NCBI GenBank assembly: GCA_017527155.1
Contig: JAFXQI010000022.1
Coordinates: forward strand, 160-64,159
Source: Kiritimatiellia bacterium
GTDB lineage: Bacteria > Verrucomicrobiota > Kiritimatiellia > CAIQIC01 > Lenti-01
DNA: 64,000 nucleotides
Direction of reading: 5' to 3'
Positions 61,201-64,000 of the stretch are shown here, one piece after another; within the stretch, counting starts at the first letter, position 1, and each line of letters starts with the position of its first letter. Made by a program: the position numbers and the translations under genes. Below the pieces are notes generated by a model. It was not told where the DNA came from, searched no databases, and saw nothing but the letters and a program-made list of their open reading frames with translations.

Positions 61201-64000
61201 CCGTCCCCGCGAACGTCGCGCTCGTCCCCACCCGGACCTGGTACGTCGCCAAGTCGCCCGTCCCCGCCGTCCCCGTCGTCGTGAACGTCACCCCCGTCAG
61301 CGTCGGGTTCACCGACCCGCTCGCCACCGCCAGCTTCGTCCCCTGCACCAGAACCGTCTGCCCCGCCGCCACGGCCCCCGCCGCCACCGCGCTGTCGTTC
61401 CCCGCCCCGTCCGCGTCGCTGATCGTCACGTCCGTCACGGTCGTGTCTTCCTTCGTCGTCACGTCCTCGACGTTCGAGTCCCCGCTCGTGCAGCTGCTAT
61501 TCGCCCCTTCCGCCCGGACCTTCACGTGGTACGTCGTCTGCTCGTCAAGCCCCGTCACCGTGTACGTCGTCACGTTCCCCACGTCCTTGTCCTCGTACCC
61601 CGCCACGTACGTGATCGATCCTGCTTTTTCCCATTCCACTTCAATCTGGCTGGCATAGCTGGCCCCTCCGCCGCTACCCGTCATCCCGACATATTCGTAG
61701 TCGGTGGTAAACGTGTATTCCGTGCTGGTTCCGCACACAATGGAACCCACCTGCGTCCCGTCCACCGGGGAAGACATGGCCGAATGGCTCCCGTAAATCA
61801 GAATCGAGCGCCCGGAGCTGGTGCCGGAATACCAAGTTACCGTCACTTTTTTGACGGTGCCGCCGGAAGTGGTCGTCCAGATTCCGTGGTCGGTGTTCAC
61901 ATTCATCTGGATGCTGCTGTTGCCCCCGGCGGTCGCCCCGGCGTATACCGCGCCGCTCTGATCCGATTTGTCGCTCCAGGACGCGTAAGAGCCGGAAGTG
62001 GTCGAGCCGGTCCATGCGCTCGTCATCGTGTCCGTCTTCGAGGACCCCGCCCCGCCCGTGTAAACGTCCAACCGGTACTTCGCAGCCCCCGGCACCGCAC
62101 TCCACGTCGCCACGAACTGGTTGTGCGTCGTGGTTCCCGCCGCGATTGCGTTCAGCACCGGCGCCGCCGGCGTCGCAATCGTCGCATTCGCCACTCCGCT
62201 CCCCGCGCTCCACGCATCCTCACTGGCGGCCTTCGCCCACACCTTGTAATAATACGTGTTGCATCCGACGACCGTCGTGTCCGTGAAGGTCGCCGCCGTC
62301 CCCCGGTACACCACCGTCGCCGCGTTCGCCCCCGTTCCCAGCGTCCCGCCCTGGTTCGGTCCCGACCCGGTCGGATTGGTGTCGAACGTCCCCGTCGTGT
62401 TCCGCGCCACCACGTATGTCACCCCGCTGTCCCCGCCCGTCAGCGTCCCCGACCCGGCATCCGTCACGGTCACCGACGGCGTCGAAACGCTCGAACTCGC
62501 CACCGTCGTCCGCGCCCCCGCGCTGTAGTACCCGTTGTTCACCGAGTACAGCACGTACGTGTACGTCGTCCCCTGCGCCACAGCCGTATCCACCGACGTC
62601 CCCGCCCATTCCCGGTACACCACCGTCCCCGCCCCGATCGTCGCCCCTGACTCATAGTGCTGTCCCGGCGTCGGCGCCGTCACCGTCGGAGTCGCCCCCG
62701 TGTAGCGCACGATCATCACCGGATGGCTGGCCGCGTCCAGGCTCCACCGCAGCGCCACCGTCTCGTAGCCCGCCGTCGCGCTCGTCACCGCCGGATCCGG
62801 CACCGGCTCCACCGTGAAGTACGTCGCCCCGAAGTCCGTCGGCAGCCACGTCGTGTAATTCACCCAGTCGCCGGCGCAACGCACCGTCGAGTTGTCCCCC
62901 GCCGCGTTCTTCGCCGCGTAAATCACGTTGTACTGTCCCACCTGCGTGAACTGGAACCCCGCCAAATCTCGCCGCACCCGCTTGTTCCCGGACTTCTCTC
63001 CCTCTTCGTAGTACCCAGCGTCCGCCCAGTCGAAGTCGCCCCACACCGTCCCCGTCGAAAGCCCGATACCCACCTCCGACTTGTTCCAGCTGCTCTGCCC
63101 GATTTCGAAATTCAGGAAATGCTCGCCCATCGTGTCCCCCACCGTCTTCGTCCCCTGGTTCCCCGTCGTCAGCGGCTTGATCCAGATGTTCCCCGTCGTC
63201 TCGTTGATTCCCGTCCCCGTCAGCGCCACCGTCGCCGGACTCCCCGACGCCGCCCCGCTCGCCGTCACCGTCAGCGTCCCGCTCTTGCCCCCCGCCGACG
63301 CCGGAGCGAACCGCACCGACACCGTCGCGCTCCCCCCCGCCGCGATGCTCTGCGAACTCCACGCGCTCACCAGCGAGAACCCCGTCCCGCTCACCGACAC
63401 GCTCCCCACCGTCAGCGCCACGTTGCCCGTGTTTCGGATCGTCACCGTCTCCGTCTTCGGCGAATCCAGCGGCGTGTTCCCGAAGGCCAGCCCCCCCGCG
63501 CTCTCGTCCACCGCCAGGATCCCGCCTGTCGCCGAGGCCGTCACCGTGAACCGGTACGGCGTCGTCTTCTCCCCGTCATTGTGCGTGAAGCTCACCGTCG
63601 CGCTCTTCTGTCCCGCCCCGATCATCTCCGCCGTCGGCGTGAACGTCACCGTGAACGTCGTGCTCCCGCTCCCGGCCACCGACCCGCTCTCCGGCCCCGT
63701 CACCGTGAACCCCTGCCCCGCCGTCACCCCCACCGTTCCCAGCGTCAGCGTCCCGCTCCCCGTGTTCGCCACCGTGAACGTCTTTGTCTGCGGACTCCCC
63801 ACCCCCACGTTCCCGAACGCCACCGTCCCGTCGTACGCCACCCCGCTCCCCCCCACCGTCACCCCCATCGTCGGCGTAGCCGCCGTCGGCTCCTCGTGCC
63901 CGATGCTCGACGTCGTCTCGCACGACTCCCCGCCGTTCGCCGTCACGCGGTACGAATACGTCACCCCGTTCGTCAATCCGCTCAACGAGTGCGAAACGTT
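49265..64000 (-). CDS. giant surface/adhesin-like protein (>4900 aa, 5'-truncated by window edge) with tandem Ig-like/FN3-like beta-sandwich repeats and a lamin-tail domain
   Basis: Single ORF 49265 to beyond 63985. Dozens of ~100-aa Thr/Gly/Ser-rich repeats (TFTV..TGSGTLTLG..). FN3-like segments. Lamin-tail-domain motif (LFFGEYGEGRYWDKYIELYNGTG). Confidence 0.85.
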   Translation of the reverse strand, partial: NVSHSLSGLTNGVTYSYRVTANGGESCETTSSIGHEEPTAATPTMGVTVGGSGVAYDGTVAFGNVGVGSPQTKTFTVANTGSGTLTLGTVGVTAGQGFTVTGPESGSVAGSGSTTFTVTFTPTAEMIGAGQKSATVSFTHNDGEKTTPYRFTVTASATGGILAVDESAGGLAFGNTPLDSPKTETVTIRNTGNVALTVGSVSVSGTGFSLVSAWSSQSIAAGGSATVSVRFAPASAGGKSGTLTVTASGAASGSPATVALTGTGINETTGNIWIKPLTTGNQGTKTVGDTMGEHFLNFEIGQSSWNKSEVGIGLSTGTVWGDFDWADAGYYEEGEKSGNKRVRRDLAGFQFTQVGQYNVIYAAKNAAGDNSTVRCAGDWVNYTTWLPTDFGATYFTVEPVPDPAVTSATAGYETVALRWSLDAASHPVMIVRYTGATPTVTAPTPGQHYESGATIGAGTVVYREWAGTSVDTAVAQGTTYTYVLYSVNNGYYSAGARTTVASSSVSTPSVTVTDAGSGTLTGGDSGVTYVVARNTTGTFDTNPTGSGPNQGGTLGTGANAATVVYRGTAATFTDTTVVGCNTYYYKVWAKAASEDAWSAGSGVANATIATPAAPVLNAIAAGTTTHNQFVATWSAVPGAAKYRLDVYTGGAGSSKTDTMTSAWTGSTTSGSYASWSDKSDQSGAVYAGATAGGNSSIQMNVNTDHGIWTTTSGGTVKKVTVTWYSGTSSGRSILIYGSHSAMSSPVDGTQVGSIVCGTSTEYTFTTDYEYVGMTGSGGGASYASQIEVEWEKAGSITYVAGYEDKDVGNVTTYTVTGLDEQTTYHVKVRAEGANSSCTSGDSNVEDVTTKEDTTVTDVTISDADGAGNDSAVAAGAVAAGQTVLVQGTKLAVASGSVNPTLTGVTFTTTGTAGTGDLATYQVRVGTSATFAGTETVKGTVTAGAAGSHTVTFGSAQTLTAGQTYYVWIEAVTKAGASGGNTVGVAALTKDAFATTGARKNGETSATGLQTIGNLTAFSAATGASAGGQVDLTWTAGAGGSVLVRWSDVSLAAIPDPGTAWANEATGLTGGSYTVSGVTGCKTHYFKAWEVIGGVACGTARTGTAAASAPAAPTGLGHGTPGAHNATLTWAPAAGAAGYAIDLWHYEGGSGSETKTDELTIETLGVTSVNAYSGFSGVQAADGSDAVYAGEVAKASSDNGSGIQQNAKSGNERGIWTTTSGGTLKSVSVDWFKNANSYKVYGKTSGTFDGTSTSGATQIGTLTYASPSTGDISESGYVAVLIVPSGGASYANSITIEWEGGSSGTKVDDVIGGVVQAGSAVTVAANGATGVTLGGLTEATGYGWKVTALGDGGCTGGTSGSDSFSTAELLGAPTVTAWTGPGAGQVTGTVTRAAGATVTLKRYASREDALADANGSVVATVATESATLVAFDDTGLAGCATHWYRAWQSAAVEGTPTTSAGSEPASAEATLGAPSVSPAGAGTALTLSWTPVPGADYYTVLVSDTEGVWTSSSSDGSAVLEQDFAGFTSTTTADVGENLDSYTGLSGWYGGKVYPNSGSAKLGSGSATGFITTRRIAGGLANGGTVYFDLMDYGDGTTVSVQICLDDGDDDAENDEWTELKSVEPGSSWQTFQASLPSGNTDFWICFETTKKRVYIDNIRVVPTVPSGSGSGKVGLKYQTTVTEAPWSRTVDGLEVGETYWYMVTAWSDGGCTNATGGSAATADVPQLAAVPKRYDFRTLERDESAEKTFTLRNSGSRLNPATTPALEIASIAVVPSGIGYTVVSGGAAATLEPGQTHSVTVRFAPVTAGTKDAVLRVTCNAYNANPEGTVAAGKTFDIPLAGECHDPSTEPPTVFTVDVEDGLGIEDTIADHSLALGTPDGTGGELPGAKRPELKVVLWHYNGIWTNLTGAKAATWTLKDPEGTAVLSGQAFTGVVARTYGGKSCMEFSAAVPALGAEGAVRGAYTVEVSAWDATKTHEVPAAAAGTYTPAEKGWLLDDFTRADRKGDGLGALEEGWVAQSTDSTPGSAAIHGGALELWGPYGDRSGEDGRAAAVRDMSDWGYEKNPEDMASAVSWGFHFRMGGEPVNFTDGSTAGAFVLGAAGSGFFANDTAQKGYAVTMTGAGIELVRFSKGWIESGTRTVLVPRTKNGSGAWVEDGTKPHGWTGTFAGKTLAVRVDFLPGQEYIEDVQDEVPARMKLFVKEVASTGGNPLEECTDADLAATVHLAGGDLIGESLPYAGAVWNHGHDTTAGGSDKKWGLFDDFHFPCQKGQEIPSVVHVIDEDTEAPELEGFDIGGAVAAATAASAGLSFTGMVHDASGIWTGGAKAPGWTLTVDDTERASGTFASAGIVPSGDGAGTDVALSGSIPASAFDAAWRTTNCVVTVRAWDHDRDRAGDSLEGTAEFRFTLCDEAPVAPAWATAEADGAEMVVLRWARTAGKTYVVVRSDEEIAEDAAPQGRLEALAEGTTVEGWGKVVYNGTGDNHLAGTWTAREFVVAPGSSNYFAVYGMTGDGTTGHFFSTPVHPTAYHWTTSTTNAATGAVTVTDHTAVDGSGVPVAGAVEEGGWPCTTAKYEPGEGVDAFAYRTSVPEIGDTDPQNLALAFNYETRPETGSGWGGPWTGDTDKWKLHDASLPVGETRYPAPAANKLYWQDTSTGSRDEAKLTRALASPNGGTFFVAAILNYDEPHPETGAESKWIQIVLQDASGNDIVSFGKPGWDSINAAIEYDGGQYAGFDPFELYSGHGNDYIVVGQVDRNAGKFRMWAYYAGAGQIPEIFSKKVEGRDEEVSFDTLPTAMNSFVADCDFSGTPAPVAKIQLRAGSESGKELGHVYFDEVRFASTWEELFLFNAPEVESFDFDKPDAGSGIMVGEDADGHRLWKISDGALAHGDVGLNAQFELYHRTGIAAASFTIKDEEGNSLLRPAEWRATTTNAQTGAVTTNDTRAGTGGAPVAVHLDGARDSAYPEWWTTNAAGRIGGAVGVAVPTNWISTNATYTVEVKMTSIGGKEATVTAASETGGGGASDLFFGEYGEGRYWDKYIELYNGTGHDIDLYDYYIFRPANASSGGNDFSATYDNLIPNGTHPFARICPEENPSEHVILHHKETIVLLNNKMGASGDDLTIRNNRLAALKTALTQAGARYILMTNEVLDAGGKVPYLLVKAEDFDEATVTAAKGSSRVSLNWLDACGNSANIIDHGPSEDGKFIMSRKETATHLPRSKPYIIDESEWEYRDWCWPEPRLNDDYDTTPKYTNFVATAGQYDRNIGLGGNMEFTVYDDDEVAPVLGAEGNGLYLTKTGGVPDLLERAAGTRDFVLAGWSFTNTASAAAAMEVWSGSAEKENARLTCSANLGTVERLLSVGSGKGVTGVEFNGVNQVGNGELYFKCNTEGYNITAEDEAWIGFETDMESMTDREVSFWYATGSDGFKAGKVQVSTDGVSWEDVWELELDATTGTGGASTFAEFVGSLEYEKDGAPAIPRGVGHLWFRVVVSERKTGNGSFRMDCIQVRGTPDEVAVSDAALVGARPTFLARVSDPGSGLDEATAVFKSGLETVAGSGAAHTRSASLVDGGKDPASSLSWQVDEALTTDNVQKWFAASEEGGTHLKITVADADDDRAGDQTTLNGDFGVLRVYDDDEDPPEIKMTSMKPRTGNTLAAWCFGDKPEATAAAATKHANGLNASVLKARAGGGAEPPKPLRPIAYDSADASKGWGVYQSGWHFGTKYWYVRLETLVGTTGDDGAVFKINKISFDSKTGSTNSPTACTVSLVSGITAASIDPDTDAPADGTETTLGSLSLLPSGASAWTADTIKTWKDGCSLAVDITLDGNSLNELRIRGTGCADPSKGVGAPWYIHDLTVEGTVTYANGQTEDVTYVTDHALAGGASLGSLTGNAWDEKSGISEATYSLKRGGTTLVPTTALAFTGSMADAKSEAAGEFAVDLSGVAAGYNNVVLGDYTGSVEVWDADADRTSGGENVDRLKIDGDFGFTVVDQDVKGPTAPSGVAVNGVSMDSVTEPLWTNKPDFTITFAVAHDEAPTAEEMTANGWIDVVQDGVTGVGEYRVALADTDAGRAAASAYSVTVTNGAAGNGGFENATAEPWTCNVSGSGVQPTGVSKGGAKVTAKEGVNSFYLQAHTSANGYPEVAQILPLEVSGSDYTVDVDVTASVYKRGAGTIVYAQIQLAAATADFDGGDVMWTSPSGNQAGGGAYQFNTGSGASGDPVEEWLKDRALATKTITVPAGAAYMRFCLFANSAGANVDDVRLSVKKGAGTTGMMRYVATPEAQGLQNKFLYAVDADNDRRNDRMVGAAAAFHTAYDITAPTPVAFKSHGKGASTDQVDDPTTQFDLTWFSNDIGPDDPDDANYQTGWSGKDVLSPWGTYRVYYTTYDPVDMEDKASKAGKSTETYLYETLIEGTDDQGRPKYHGAGWKHVENGAEIEDVTAPAVGGKRKYSGWDQITKDANNQQTVRLYDLDFDQEYVVVVVGVDKAGNEGPVNANSWATNNTIKFSLTRGWHVPKAEAVTALEGRVSDIGQRLTNAVVSALEWTAAGMTRNAETGEMEGEATKDYDLLQWDARNFRESPDNDWKLLQTVKTNWFVDDGGPTNRGSIRFYRASYKDRWKKAVTNATTGQVTAQTPLVSEEVYAQTAVRLRPGENYTALHGVPYTNTFHAVFGGAEEFPGGTTAALGTTIDFFTPATNALAHETYWLRDDGEWMDGGDRPVGDVVQTDRNFFTRAFSINLPNELPEKYVAGTETIRHSNGNTTVVPYMVWKPILQVPTNGFSQAIQCGEVTAPVFNVVALRLPVAAHPSEMNLVESGFGYVEGSQVFRGDQIYTIDTITREPGHSCYCKKVVEDGQVRYEWRFVGGNGMVPAGYFKPNDVLVIVSKSGGAGESWTWTYNPKKFYTLPNRHMQAGE

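Overview
This is a ~70% GC bacterial chromosomal window with dense, mostly non-overlapping genes. The proteins are Pro/Ala/Arg-rich. A giant Ig-repeat surface protein and Wza/Wzc exopolysaccharide genes point to a PVC-type Gram-negative (Verrucomicrobiota/Kiritimatiellota-like); this taxonomic guess is inference only. Gene order, left to right, is as follows. An ExbB/ExbD/TonB-like trio with a small zinc-ribbon membrane protein. hisD. A minus-strand sugar operon (fcl, epimerase, GT4). A hypothetical gene (paralog A). Convergent rpe and mazG, then a HAD-like gene. An exopolysaccharide export block on the minus strand (polyprenyl glycosylphosphotransferase, Wzc-like tyrosine autokinase, Wza-like exporter). 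A three-gene nuoA-nuoB-nuoC fragment. An AmiC-like amidase, an M42 peptidase, and dnaJ. A Cys-rich lipoprotein. cdaA-cdaR (c-di-AMP). An EEP-family nuclease/phosphatase, a secreted hypothetical protein, and comEC. A repeat-containing outer-membrane beta-barrel candidate. Paralog B. A pilus/secretin block (fused pilM/N-like, pilO-like, GspD/PilQ secretin). A transglutaminase-like protein. Three tandem paralogs (~1050-1115 aa each) of a polytopic membrane protein with C-terminal TPR repeats, which I read as GT-C / DUF2723 (TMEM260)-like. eno. More than 14.7 kb of a giant (>4900 aa, 5'-truncated) Ig/FN3/lamin-tail-domain surface protein on the minus strand. I found no transposase, integrase, CRISPR array, rRNA or tRNA. 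The most unusual content is threefold. (i) The triple TPR/GT-C-like array sits between a secretin/pilus module and the giant Ig-repeat protein, which suggests a dedicated surface-protein modification system. (ii) A conserved upstream element occurs four times at a fixed 41-42 nt before ATGAAA start codons. (iii) Several distinct short tandem-repeat or palindromic elements sit exactly in promoter regions: CGATTGCNNT x4 at two sites, CTTGTCA x4, a CTAG palindrome before dnaJ, and a ~230 bp imperfect inverted repeat.
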